From the IMG/VR virus record IMGVR_UViG_3300031853_000028: 64,000 nt of DNA; one strand, written 5' to 3'. The notes below the pieces were generated by a model, which did not search any database, was not told the origin of the DNA, and saw only the letters and a program-made list of their open reading frames with translations. Shown piece after piece: positions 51,020-61,966 of this stretch (within the stretch, counting starts at the first letter, position 1; every line of letters starts with the position of its first letter). This stretch comes from an uncultured virus (IMG/VR IMGVR_UViG_3300031853_000028) (lineage: Duplodnaviria > Heunggongvirae > Uroviricota > Caudoviricetes). The position numbers and the translations under genes were made by a program.

Positions 51020-53317
51020 TTATTTGAATTTATTTTTGTTCTCAATAAGTATGTCTGATAATATAGTCTGCTTATTATTTGTTTCATGCTTACTTATAGC
51101 CATTCGTATAGTCTTATTTTCTGCTACAAGAACGCAATATTTAATTGCTCTTGTCAATGCAGTATACAATAACTCACAGTTATTCATAAGATAACTACCA
51201 TTATTCATTGCTACAATTGTAGAAATGAATCCACTGCCTTGACATTTATGAACCGATATTGCATAACCTAATTCTAAATTTTTCATTTCTGATTTACTTA
51301 ATACTATTTTACCAATGTTCTCAAAATCAACAACACAACCTGAATCTGACATTTCAGTTATTATACCTATGTTGCCATTTTTTATAGGAACTTCGTTATC
51401 ATATATATCTACAGTTTTATAATTATTTTTTGTGTTGATAACCTTATCTCCTACATGAATATGATACACCTTATCCTTAGCAATAGGAACATCAAACACT
51501 TCTTCTCCACTATGCCATTCATCAATAGGATTATATATGCTCTGTATAATAGTATTCAGATTAAAGCAAGAAACATCACCTCTTGACTTCATTGGTGTAG
51601 TAATCTGTACATTCATAATATTGTTATCCCACTTCTTCATTTCTTTTTTGAAGTGTTCAACCACTGAATCTACAATATCACCATCATTAAATATATCAAA
51701 CTCCATATCTTGTAATTCACCAACAATAGTATTGCCAACAAAATCACTATCAAATATTTGTTTGTTATTTGCCACATCAATTGATGTAGGTATTATGCCA
51801 CTTCTTAATGCTTGTCTATGTGGTTTAGTCAATTTAACAACATCTATAACCTTACTCTTCAATATATCTGCAAATACTTGGCAATTACCAATCGGAGTTA
51901 ACTGTTGTACATCACCCATTATAATAACCTTTGCTCCTGTTGGGATAGATTCTAATAACTGTAAGAATAATGTTCCGTTAATCATTGTTGCTTCATCTAT
52001 TATAACAATATCAGTTTGTAATTTATTATTACGATTATAAACAAATCCACCAAACTCATAACCTAATGCCATATGGATTGTTTGAGCAGGTAATCCAGTT
52101 GCTTCTGTTATTCTAACAGATGCCTTGCCACTTAAAGCAACGCATGTTATAAGTCTATTCTTGAATAATGAAGTAATTGCATTAGCAGTTGAAGATTTTC
52201 CACATCCTGCTCCACCAGTTAAAGCAATTACATTCTTGTTAATACCTTTATATATGAAATCTTTCTGTTCGTCTGTAAATTCAAAACCTTGTTTCTTTTC
52301 TATATCCTTAATCTTTTCTTCTACGTCACTTATGACAAAAGGCTTTGGATGATATTCATATACTGGTTCATCTGTTGGAGTATAACCTATATATAATCTT
52401 AATAATTCTTTATATATATTCATTTCTAATTCATAATATTTTTTAAGAAATACCTTTGTATTATTATCTCTTAATACAATTTTATTTTCTGCAATTAATT
52501 TTGTAGCAACCTTGACTAATACATCATTAGGTACATTGCCAATTGTATTATATACACTTGATATTAAATCAGTATAATATAAGTATGATTTGCCTAGTTC
52601 TGCACTTTCTTCTAATATATATTCCATAAAGCCACAAATTCTATATTCATCAAATAATTCAACTCCTGCTTTAAGAGCAATGTTATCAGCAGTTTTGAAG
52701 CCGATACCATCTATTGATACCATATCATATGGTCTATTCTTAACCACATCTATTACAGTCTGTGGTGATTTATAATGAGCCATTAATTTACCTATCATAT
52801 TATGAGTTAAACCTACATTATCTAATTCAATATATATCTGTGAATAATCTTTACTATCTTCATATGATGATAATATTTTTCTTGCCACTGGCTTTCTAAT
52901 ACCCTTAACTGCACATAACTTATCCATATCTTTATTTTCTAAGATAGATATAACATCATCATATGCATCAAATAACTTGTCTACTGCATTTGAATTAACA
53001 AAATTTTTCAAGAAGTTTTTCTGTTGCTCTCTGTTATTTAATTCAACATTAGGATTAATAAATGTTACTTCATAAGTATCTCCGTATTTAGGATTACTCT
53101 CTGCTAATTTGCAATATACTTTATACTCTTGAAGATAAACCATTTCACAAAAAATACCTTTTAATTTAATATAGTCATCATTGTATTCTGTGCCATCTAA
53201 TCTCTTAATAACTTTTGCTTTAATAATTCCAAATTCTCCACTCTCGATCCTTCTACTCTTCTTTGGATAAAACATAGTATTCATTTCAATTACTAATTTT
53301 AAAATATTTTCTTCCAT
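51020..53317 (-). CDS. recD2: RecD2-like SF1B helicase
   Basis: HhH (VKGI, IDGIGFKTAD), GGAGCGKS, IIDEATM, GDVQQL, YAISVHKCQGS, LYTALTRA. Confidence 0.92.
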   Translation of the reverse strand: MEENILKLVIEMNTMFYPKKSRRIESGEFGIIKAKVIKRLDGTEYNDDYIKLKGIFCEMVYLQEYKVYCKLAESNPKYGDTYEVTFINPNVELNNREQQKNFLKNFVNSNAVDKLFDAYDDVISILENKDMDKLCAVKGIRKPVARKILSSYEDSKDYSQIYIELDNVGLTHNMIGKLMAHYKSPQTVIDVVKNRPYDMVSIDGIGFKTADNIALKAGVELFDEYRICGFMEYILEESAELGKSYLYYTDLISSVYNTIGNVPNDVLVKVATKLIAENKIVLRDNNTKVFLKKYYELEMNIYKELLRLYIGYTPTDEPVYEYHPKPFVISDVEEKIKDIEKKQGFEFTDEQKDFIYKGINKNVIALTGGAGCGKSSTANAITSLFKNRLITCVALSGKASVRITEATGLPAQTIHMALGYEFGGFVYNRNNKLQTDIVIIDEATMINGTLFLQLLESIPTGAKVIIMGDVQQLTPIGNCQVFADILKSKVIDVVKLTKPHRQALRSGIIPTSIDVANNKQIFDSDFVGNTIVGELQDMEFDIFNDGDIVDSVVEHFKKEMKKWDNNIMNVQITTPMKSRGDVSCFNLNTIIQSIYNPIDEWHSGEEVFDVPIAKDKVYHIHVGDKVINTKNNYKTVDIYDNEVPIKNGNIGIITEMSDSGCVVDFENIGKIVLSKSEMKNLELGYAISVHKCQGSGFISTIVAMNNGSYLMNNCELLYTALTRAIKYCVLVAENKTIRMAISKHETNNKQTILSDILIENKNKFK

Positions 53318-55863
53318 TATAAATCCTCGCTTTCAATATAATTATTCTTAGGTTCTCTATATATAATATTATAAGTTTCAACGTAAAAATGTTTTTTACT
53401 TTCATCTTCTTCTATAATATTTATTCCTTTTTCATCTTTGCCTACAACTTTGACTCCATTAATGTATGTTGAATTTTTAATTTCTATAACATCACCATCA
53501 AACAATCTTAAAATTGAATATGTAGTAGGTCTAACCTTTGCATATATAAATGTTCCATCACATACTCTGTATAATATTGCATTAGGTTTGATTACATCTC
53601 TTATATTTAACACATAATATATATTATCTTTCACTCTTGTGTCTGTATAATTAATATCATTAAACAAAGATATTTGTGCTTTAGCCACATTAATAAAGTT
53701 AATATTATAATCATTAGGTATAATGTTAAATATATCTTTTAATGCTTCTATATAATTAAATTCAACATATGTTTTATTTTTAAGTATAGAGTTATTCTCT
53801 ATTATGTTTTTCAAATGTGGCAAATTAAAATCTTTAGTTAACTTATCCACTGTTATTATTCTTAATTGTTTCTTATCATATAATTTAATAAATAATTCAT
53901 TAAAGAGTTTTAATTTATTTAAGTTACCAAACATCTTTAAACAATTAGCACTGATATATTTATCAAGTATTTTAATTGAATTAAATTTTTCTTTTACTGA
54001 TATGAGAAAATTAACATATGATGTTAAATTATCTCCTAATATGTTAAACAAATCTTTAGTTTCAGTATTTTCAACTTCATCTTCTAAGAATAATTTAATT
54101 CTTTTATTTGCTTCATCAATGTAATATTGTTTATCCAAATAGTCAGGACATTCAACTCCTATTACACTATCATTATGAATAAACAAATGTGTTGAAGTGT
54201 TAGCATACTTCTCATAACTCTTTACACCATTCTCAATCTTTACTTTATATATTCCACCATGCTCTTCTTTGGTACTAGCAAAAACTCTATGTACCTTACC
54301 ATCTAATGTTGCACCATTTTCCATGTTTTTTTCATCATTAATTGTGCCATATATAACTTCTTTATAATTGCTAGATAGTTTAACCAATGTCTGAAACTTA
54401 ATTAATTCATTACAATTATTAATAGTATCTTCAACTGGTGTATCATTTATAAAATATTCTCTTACTGCATCATTAAGTATAGAACAGTTATTATCAATAG
54501 GTGTATTATACTTAACCATTGCACCTTTGCATTTAATCTTTCCGTCTGATTTAACTGCTATATAGTTATTAACGTCTTTTTGTATCATCTTTGTATATTC
54601 ATCATACTCAAAGTTTACAAATAATCGCTTACCACATTCATCTATGATTGATATAACTTTATTCTTCGTTTCTTCATCTTTAACCCAGAAGAATATACCA
54701 TCAGTATTGCTCTGAATAATTTCGCAATAATCTTCTATATGGCATAACACATCTAATATAATCATCTGTCCGTATATACACGTTAAGTTAGCCATCAATG
54801 GATCATACATAGCACCTTTCTTATCTTTAGATGCTCCATATGTACCATTAATCATAGGTTTCAATGAATCACTTCTACTGTCTTTTTTGGCTTTAAATTC
54901 TAGCCTTAAATCTCTCATTTGTTTAAAGTCATCTGGGTTCTTAAACTTTCTACTTAATAATCCATATACGATATCAAGTGTAGGATACATTGCTGATACA
55001 TCTGCATCAAGTAAAAAACCACCTATTTTTTTACAATCTATTATATGTTTATCACTACAACCATGCACCCCACCGAACCCAAACACATGTTTTATTCCTG
55101 CAATAATACAATTTAATTGTCGATTATGTTGATTATCGTTAGAATGTAAATAATTCTTGTAACTCCAATTCTTAGGATTTAAATACCAATCAACAATAAA
55201 TTTATATTTATCTTTTATCTCAATATTGTCAGGTACTTTAATATCAAATTCATCATCTAATGTTGGCTGTTTAACTACATTCAAAGCAGTTGAAGCAAGT
55301 TGTACTTTAGTTTTAGATATGTTGCTCATATCCAAATTATAGAGTGATATAATATCTAAGTGACCTTGCAATTCATCATATGTTAATTTAATAACTTTAA
55401 TCAATTCTATAACATCATGTCGATTATAATATAATGTTTGCTCTATCTCTTTTTGTGTCAATGGTCTATTAATATTAAAGTCAACTTGTGTTTCCCTAAT
55501 ATCATCACCCATAAATAATTCTAAAGTCTTTAACGATTTATCTTTTACTAACGCATCAAAATCATACAATTGTATTGATTTTTTCTTTTGTAATATTTCA
55601 TGTGCGTTCTTGCCTTTCATTGCTTGCTCTGATAAATATCCACAAGGTATACCTGCCAGTATACCTTTGTATAAAATTGAATCATATCGTCTGCTATTGT
55701 AACCAACAACTATATCATCTTTATGAAAATTATAAAATGTTTTTAATTTATCTACATCATTAACAATTACTGTTTCATCTGCTTGATTATTTATATTAAT
55801 AAACGTAACACAAAACCAATTAATCTTAGAGTAACACTCAAAATCGTAAGCATATATATTCAT
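53317..55863 (-). CDS. Family B DNA polymerase with ~255-aa C-terminal extension
   Basis: Exo YDFE, GYNSRRYD, YNRHDV; pol DVSAMYP, KPMINGTYG, SNTDG, KDVNNY. Confidence 0.88.
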   Translation of the reverse strand: MNIYAYDFECYSKINWFCVTFININNQADETVIVNDVDKLKTFYNFHKDDIVVGYNSRRYDSILYKGILAGIPCGYLSEQAMKGKNAHEILQKKKSIQLYDFDALVKDKSLKTLELFMGDDIRETQVDFNINRPLTQKEIEQTLYYNRHDVIELIKVIKLTYDELQGHLDIISLYNLDMSNISKTKVQLASTALNVVKQPTLDDEFDIKVPDNIEIKDKYKFIVDWYLNPKNWSYKNYLHSNDNQHNRQLNCIIAGIKHVFGFGGVHGCSDKHIIDCKKIGGFLLDADVSAMYPTLDIVYGLLSRKFKNPDDFKQMRDLRLEFKAKKDSRSDSLKPMINGTYGASKDKKGAMYDPLMANLTCIYGQMIILDVLCHIEDYCEIIQSNTDGIFFWVKDEETKNKVISIIDECGKRLFVNFEYDEYTKMIQKDVNNYIAVKSDGKIKCKGAMVKYNTPIDNNCSILNDAVREYFINDTPVEDTINNCNELIKFQTLVKLSSNYKEVIYGTINDEKNMENGATLDGKVHRVFASTKEEHGGIYKVKIENGVKSYEKYANTSTHLFIHNDSVIGVECPDYLDKQYYIDEANKRIKLFLEDEVENTETKDLFNILGDNLTSYVNFLISVKEKFNSIKILDKYISANCLKMFGNLNKLKLFNELFIKLYDKKQLRIITVDKLTKDFNLPHLKNIIENNSILKNKTYVEFNYIEALKDIFNIIPNDYNINFINVAKAQISLFNDINYTDTRVKDNIYYVLNIRDVIKPNAILYRVCDGTFIYAKVRPTTYSILRLFDGDVIEIKNSTYINGVKVVGKDEKGINIIEEDESKKHFYVETYNIIYREPKNNYIESEDL

Positions 55864-55877
55864 ATTTTTTTCCTTTC

Positions 55878-57653
55878 TTATAAACCAAATACACTTGCGT
55901 TATTATTTATTTTATAATTAATATCTTTAATTACAACTGTAGGTCTATTCCCTTCTCCCATCTTAAAACTTCCAACAACCGAAACTAAAAGATTATCCCC
56001 TATATTGTACATATCATTAACTATATCAAACAATGAAGATTTACTATACATATCAAACTTTATATTCTTGTAAGTAAAATCAAATCTATTTTGTTTTTCT
56101 CCTTGTAATGTAGTAGTATACATATTTAAAGGTATATTATCTATAACAAATAAAGGCTCTTCCACACCATTACCAAATAAATAATTATATTTGGATATGT
56201 TTTTTATGTTAATATCACTTAAATCTGTAGCATCATATACATGATAAACATAGTATTCTTTTTCATTTAATTGTAAATTAGCAAACTTATCAATATCTCT
56301 TGCTAACATACCATATAACATTGATATGTTCTTCTTATTTATCGTTGCACCAAATGCTCCATCATGTCCATGACATTCTATTATACCTAATGTTTCACAA
56401 TATTCTCTAAAATTACCAATAGGTGATTTGTCTGAACCTCTTCCACTACCAGTTAACTTATCTCCTATATCTTTAAGTATTAAACATGGCTTTGAATAAT
56501 GTGAAGCAATCTTATTACTCATTAATCCAGTGATTCCTGCATCCATTCCATCTTCAAGTTTACATACAATAACTGGATATTTATTTAATTCAAATGTATC
56601 AATCTGTTCCTCTAATTTTTTAGCATCATCTTCTGCCATCTTGTCTTGTCTACGTTTTAAACTATCGCAACTTCTATACATATATTCTTGAATAGACATA
56701 TTGACTAAACCTTTACCTCTAATCTCTTTATCTAATCGGCAATGAGGATTAACAAATGCTTCAAACAACATTCTCTTCTCTTCTATCGTACCTATTCTAA
56801 TTAACGCATTAAGTAATGGAGCAACATAATATCCTATGTTATTAATTGTTATGTTACCTTTTAATCTATAAGATAACTGTCTAACAAACTCGGATATTAA
56901 AGGATTAAAGTTAGTATTATCTGATATACTTTGCAATCCTTTAAGAACTAAATATCTTGATTGTAAGTTAGTTAAATCAGCTCTGTCTGCTATCATGCCA
57001 AGAGCAACTAAGTCTAAGTAATCATCTGCATAATTAACATTTAATACTTTGTCCACCTTCTTGCAGAACTTATAAACAATTCCAACACCTGTCATTGCTT
57101 TATCTGTTACACTATCTTCTAACTGATTATTCACAATATTATACTGTGATTTATAATAATTTAAATTATAATTTTCAATAATGTTTTTATCTGCTTTATG
57201 ATGGTCTAAGATAATAACTTTTTTAGTTTTTATAACTCGTTCTAAATATTCATCATCATTTGTTCCTGCATCTGGGATAATAATTAATGATGATTTGCTT
57301 TTAATCAATGATTCATATACATCTTTAATACCATGAACTTTGGTTTTATGTACATGTATTTGAATTGTTGCACTCGAACAAATCTTTTTAATGTATAAAT
57401 ATATTAAAGAAGCAGATGTATAACCATCAACATCACAATCTACAACTAAATCAATTATTTTGTTATCTGAATTTAAAACATTCAAAAGTGTTCTTACTGC
57501 ATTAGTCATTGTTGAAAACAATTCTACATCTTCAATATGTTTTTCAGAAGGATTTATAAACTCTTCTATATCATTAATACCTTGTAATTTTAATATATCT
57601 ACAATTTCATTACCAAATGTTATTCCATTACCTAACAATTTATATGTAAACAT
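55878..57653 (-). CDS. recJ: RecJ-like DHH ssDNA exonuclease
   Basis: DCDVDG, PDAG, LDHH, ALGMIAD, GSGR, GHDGAFG. Confidence 0.9.
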   Translation of the reverse strand: MFTYKLLGNGITFGNEIVDILKLQGINDIEEFINPSEKHIEDVELFSTMTNAVRTLLNVLNSDNKIIDLVVDCDVDGYTSASLIYLYIKKICSSATIQIHVHKTKVHGIKDVYESLIKSKSSLIIIPDAGTNDDEYLERVIKTKKVIILDHHKADKNIIENYNLNYYKSQYNIVNNQLEDSVTDKAMTGVGIVYKFCKKVDKVLNVNYADDYLDLVALGMIADRADLTNLQSRYLVLKGLQSISDNTNFNPLISEFVRQLSYRLKGNITINNIGYYVAPLLNALIRIGTIEEKRMLFEAFVNPHCRLDKEIRGKGLVNMSIQEYMYRSCDSLKRRQDKMAEDDAKKLEEQIDTFELNKYPVIVCKLEDGMDAGITGLMSNKIASHYSKPCLILKDIGDKLTGSGRGSDKSPIGNFREYCETLGIIECHGHDGAFGATINKKNISMLYGMLARDIDKFANLQLNEKEYYVYHVYDATDLSDINIKNISKYNYLFGNGVEEPLFVIDNIPLNMYTTTLQGEKQNRFDFTYKNIKFDMYSKSSLFDIVNDMYNIGDNLLVSVVGSFKMGEGNRPTVVIKDINYKINNNASVFGL

Positions 57654-58741
57654 TACAAATCGCCCCCATTCGTACCAACTATAATTTTATTATCCATTAA
57701 CCTTAGCAATTTTTCATATCCTTTGTCTGTAGGACTATCTTTATAATCAAACATATCATAAGCATCCCATAATACTGATACAGTAACATATGGAGTTAGT
57801 TTATCAATTATCTTTTTCTTTAGTACTTTCGCCCATTCGTATGATTCTTCTTCTGTCTTATATTGTTTATCCATACCAATAATGACTTCTCTCACATCTG
57901 AATCAATTATCATCTTTCTTTGATATTCAGATAAGTTTAATCCACATAAAGCAACTGTAAAATTGTCATCACCAAACATTGTATCTGCTTGCATCACAGA
58001 TTTCTCTCCCTCAACAAGCATCATCTTTCTTTTCTTTTTGATAGCATTTATATTTTTATTTAACCCATATAAATTTCTACCTAAAGGATGATTATATGTG
58101 GTGTTCCCCACCCTTAAAGGTGAGTACTTACCATATTTTTCTATATCAATTTCAGTTAACATTCGATTTCTTATTCCAATTAGATTATCATTAACATCAT
58201 AATGAGGAATAATAATCTTTTCGCCCCATATACAATACTTAATATTATACTTGCTCATGGTTTTATCACATATACCTTCATCAATCCACCCTTGATAATG
58301 AACATCAGAAAAGATATTTAAAATTGATTTATCATATATGTTAAATTCAAAGGTATCTTCTTCTTTAGGCTTACTTTTTTCTTTGAATCGTGTGATAAAC
58401 GACCAATCAGATAATGTATTCTGATTATCAGCATTAACAAATCCAACTGCATACTCATCTGATATATTTAATGTTAATTTTATCCAGTTCATTGCTTCAA
58501 TAAAGGTATAATCTTTAACACTCATAACCAAACCTATAATGTCCATACTTCCACATTCTGTATAGCAATGAAAATTTTTCGTTTGTTTATAGTAATATAG
58601 TTTGTTCTTATGTCCACAATGACAAATTGTATTGTATATTATAACATCTGTATCTTCATAACTATTAATTCCACCCAATAATTCCATTAATTTTTTTACA
58701 TCATTTGTACTAATCTTTTCCTTTAACTCATTTGAAGTCAT
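57653..58741 (-). CDS. DNA primase (Zn finger + TOPRIM)
   Basis: CHCG..FHCYTEC; IIIPH..GIRNR; LYGLN; VEGEKS; MDK; KDSPTD. Confidence 0.88.
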   Translation of the reverse strand: MTSNELKEKISTNDVKKLMELLGGINSYEDTDVIIYNTICHCGHKNKLYYYKQTKNFHCYTECGSMDIIGLVMSVKDYTFIEAMNWIKLTLNISDEYAVGFVNADNQNTLSDWSFITRFKEKSKPKEEDTFEFNIYDKSILNIFSDVHYQGWIDEGICDKTMSKYNIKYCIWGEKIIIPHYDVNDNLIGIRNRMLTEIDIEKYGKYSPLRVGNTTYNHPLGRNLYGLNKNINAIKKKRKMMLVEGEKSVMQADTMFGDDNFTVALCGLNLSEYQRKMIIDSDVREVIIGMDKQYKTEEESYEWAKVLKKKIIDKLTPYVTVSVLWDAYDMFDYKDSPTDKGYEKLLRLMDNKIIVGTNGGDL

Positions 58742-58751
58742 ATGTTATTCC

Positions 58752-60371
58752 TCAATTATTTCTTAAATTATTAACTAAATCAATTACATCTACATCTTCT
58801 ATATCTACTGTATTAATATTACTTATATTCCCTATATCCTTTGTATCAAAATCTAAAATTGTTTGTTCTATATTTGATATTAATTCAAAATTATAATCTG
58901 TCACAAAGCAATCTCGTTCTCTCATTGTACCCAAATTTAATTGCACCCACACAATGATTGCTTTCCACTTATTACCTCTATTTTTAAATATGTAATAAGC
59001 ATAGTTAGGAACTTTATCAAACTTACCACCACTATTTAATATAGGTTCTAATCTCTTTAAATCTTTGTGAGTTACTGGTAACTGCAATATACCACCATCT
59101 GCTTTTTCTATTATTGCCTTCGAACCTTTTAAAGCAGATGAATCTTTATTAGCATCATCTTTATATGTATCATTTAACTGCGTTGATGAACCTAAGAATA
59201 TATTATGTTTATTACATAATTTCTTTAATTCACAACTAAACATGAAAAGGATTTGATCAGTTCTCAATCTTGTTTTTGTTGCATTATAGTAATACTCATA
59301 CAATTGAGGACTATCATTAATGTAATCAAAAAAACAATATTTAATTCCATTATTTAGCACATGAGATTCAATTAAATCTGATATAGAATCTATTGTAAAA
59401 TTAGATTGATATTCAACCTCTAATAATGAATCATGTGCCACAGTGATTGCTTCTCTATATATCATTTCCTCTTCTTCTGTCATATCCCAATCTTCTATCT
59501 TGTCCTGAGAGATGCCACATATGTGAGCCAATATAATATCTTGTACCTCTTCTTTAGTTAATTCGGTTGATATAAATAATACTGGTTCTCTCTCTCCAAT
59601 ATTAATCCATTCTTTCTTAGACCAATCATATAGTTTATCACATGCTATATTGATTGCATCTGAAAGTGAGTTCCTTGACTTTCCACCTCCTGATACCGAA
59701 CTTCTAATAATAAATCGTTTAGGCTTCATACCTCTAAATACTGTTGTCATATAGTGTGATTGGAATGGGTAGCCATATGTATTTACTTGTGATTTATGTT
59801 CAACATATCTTTGTTCAATATCATCACTAATATGAAAACCATAACTGTCATCAGATGCAGACTTCCATAATTTTTTAAAGTTTAAAAACTTATCATTTAT
59901 TCTATTCAATACTTCCTCTGCTGACATTTGTTGAAAATTATATAGGATATTTTCATCTGATTCATCATATATAAATGATACTTCCAATTTCAAATCATCT
60001 TTTGCATTTCGTATTATTGAATATTTTCTGACTTCATCATGATATTTATCAATATTCAATATCTTATCTCTTGTAACTTCAATTGCACTTTCGATATACT
60101 CCCAGCCATTGTTGTTAATCCATATGGCTTTAGCATTTGGAAATTGAGATATATTATTTTCAATGTCCATAGGTGTTATCTTGATAATTCCACCTTGTTT
60201 AGCGATTGAATATAACGAACCCCATATAATTTTATGAAATTGCTCTGGATAATCATTAATAGTTGTAGCAAATTTGTTATCCAATATATACTTTGGTTCA
60301 TGACAATAACAACCAAATAATAAAAATATTGCTTTCTTATCGACCTGCTCTGAGAAATTAATAATAATCAC
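58752..60371 (-). CDS. DnaB-like replicative helicase
   Basis: SGGGKS, ISTE, FFDYI, STQLN, KAIIEKAD, KNRG. Confidence 0.88.
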   Translation of the reverse strand: MIIINFSEQVDKKAIFLLFGCYCHEPKYILDNKFATTINDYPEQFHKIIWGSLYSIAKQGGIIKITPMDIENNISQFPNAKAIWINNNGWEYIESAIEVTRDKILNIDKYHDEVRKYSIIRNAKDDLKLEVSFIYDESDENILYNFQQMSAEEVLNRINDKFLNFKKLWKSASDDSYGFHISDDIEQRYVEHKSQVNTYGYPFQSHYMTTVFRGMKPKRFIIRSSVSGGGKSRNSLSDAINIACDKLYDWSKKEWINIGEREPVLFISTELTKEEVQDIILAHICGISQDKIEDWDMTEEEEMIYREAITVAHDSLLEVEYQSNFTIDSISDLIESHVLNNGIKYCFFDYINDSPQLYEYYYNATKTRLRTDQILFMFSCELKKLCNKHNIFLGSSTQLNDTYKDDANKDSSALKGSKAIIEKADGGILQLPVTHKDLKRLEPILNSGGKFDKVPNYAYYIFKNRGNKWKAIIVWVQLNLGTMRERDCFVTDYNFELISNIEQTILDFDTKDIGNISNINTVDIEDVDVIDLVNNLRNN

Positions 60372-60398
60372 CCTTTCTGTTGATGTATGTGTTATTAG

Positions 60399-60887
60399 TT
60401 ATTTACTTGTTGCAATTTCGTCAAGGTTTATTACATTTACTTTTTGTCTTTTATTATTTCTATACACTGCTCTTTTTATTTTAATTTCATTACTTTCTTG
60501 CACCTTCTTACTTCGTTTGACTTGTTCATTGTAAAATTCAAATGCCTTATTATAATAATCTTGAACATTACTTAAACTATATTTAGGATTAAACACATTC
60601 TCTATGTCTTTCATGTACCATAATGTGTATGTTATAGCCGAATAAGGATATTCATTTATAGTATGTAAGTTTTTTATCATCTTTAATTGAATAGATGATG
60701 GTTTATCACTTTCGCATAACATACATAAATATTGTATTAACTGTTTATAATCATCTGCTTCACGTTTAACTATACTATAACAATCTGTACAATAATTTTT
60801 CCCACTAACTTTGTGTTTATCCTCGGCATTGATTAACTCTTTCTCACATCTTTTACATTTTGTTCTTGCCATATTACACCTCTTCAT
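60399..60887 (-). CDS. Zn-finger protein, putative helicase loader (YorH-like position)
   Basis: CKRC..YCTDC, LIQYL, ITYTLWY; lies directly before DnaB. Confidence 0.6.
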   Translation of the reverse strand: MKRCNMARTKCKRCEKELINAEDKHKVSGKNYCTDCYSIVKREADDYKQLIQYLCMLCESDKPSSIQLKMIKNLHTINEYPYSAITYTLWYMKDIENVFNPKYSLSNVQDYYNKAFEFYNEQVKRSKKVQESNEIKIKRAVYRNNKRQKVNVINLDEIATSK

Positions 60888-60893
60888 ATATAT

Positions 60894-60927
60894 GGGAAAA
60901 GGTATCTTGTATTAGACACCTTTTCCC
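60894..60927. repeat. Intergenic 14-bp stem-loop
   Basis: GGGAAAAGGTATCT ... AGACACCTTTTCCC. Confidence 0.7.
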
Positions 60928-60945
60928 TCAATATAATTCTAGTTA

Positions 60946-61944
60946 TTAATTATTGTTATTAGTTATGTATTTATCAACTAATCCTTCAAGTTCAATAACG
61001 ATAACCTTTGTTAACTCTATTTGATTTTCTTTAAGTGAATCAAACATCTTAACATTACCATTATCATCTATACCCAAGTTACGTTTAAGAACAGCAGTTG
61101 CTTCTTCTACTCTTCCATTCTTTGCTAGTAAGTTTCCTAACTCCATACCACGTTTCTTTATCTCTTCGAAATCCTCATGGACAACAGTTCTGTCTATCGT
61201 CTGTTCATTTGTAATGGATGAACCATATTTATTCTCAATTGTTTTAGTCCAGACATCTTTTAATTCATCTACATTGATAACATCAGGTAAACCAAATGTA
61301 TCTTTCAGATTAGGATTTAATCTTGACTTTTTAAATGTTACAAATCTCTTGTTCTGCACTTCATCATATATCAATCTTCCAATTAAATAACTTGGTTCTG
61401 AAACATATGATGCTGTATTCTTATTTAATTTAAGAGTTGTAACGTCATATTCTGTTTTATCCACCTTAACTTTACTATGTACATTCTGTGCAATAAAATG
61501 TACTACATATCCTAACTTCTGAATATCTCCGATTGTTCGTAATACACTTCTGTATCTCTGTGTACCTTCACCATATGTTCCAACGTCTTTGATAATCTCT
61601 GCATCTCTTGAATCTGTTACATACTTTTCACCAAATTCTTCAAATTTATCAATAGTATCAATTACTACACATGAGAACTTTTCTTTTAACGCAGGATTAT
61701 TCAGCTGATTAACAATTGACTTTAAGTCACTCATTTCTCTTATTCTCACTGCAACGATATTAGGAATATTCTGAAATCGGTCCTCAAATTCTAAGAATAA
61801 TGGTTCTTTATCAGGACATATACTCTTTAAAAATTTCAACATGCAAGTAGTTTTTCCATCACCAGTATCACCTGAAAGCATCATAGAATACTGTGTTAAG
61901 TCTACTGATATTTTATTTGGTTTTAAGTCACTTAGTAATATCAT
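60946..61944 (-). CDS. AAA_24 / Sak4-like ATPase
   Basis: GDTGDGKTT, LFLEFE, VVIDTID, HFIAQ. Confidence 0.8.
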   Translation of the reverse strand: MILLSDLKPNKISVDLTQYSMMLSGDTGDGKTTCMLKFLKSICPDKEPLFLEFEDRFQNIPNIVAVRIREMSDLKSIVNQLNNPALKEKFSCVVIDTIDKFEEFGEKYVTDSRDAEIIKDVGTYGEGTQRYRSVLRTIGDIQKLGYVVHFIAQNVHSKVKVDKTEYDVTTLKLNKNTASYVSEPSYLIGRLIYDEVQNKRFVTFKKSRLNPNLKDTFGLPDVINVDELKDVWTKTIENKYGSSITNEQTIDRTVVHEDFEEIKKRGMELGNLLAKNGRVEEATAVLKRNLGIDDNGNVKMFDSLKENQIELTKVIVIELEGLVDKYITNNNN

Positions 61945-61966
61945 ATCTTATCTTCCTTTCAATTAA

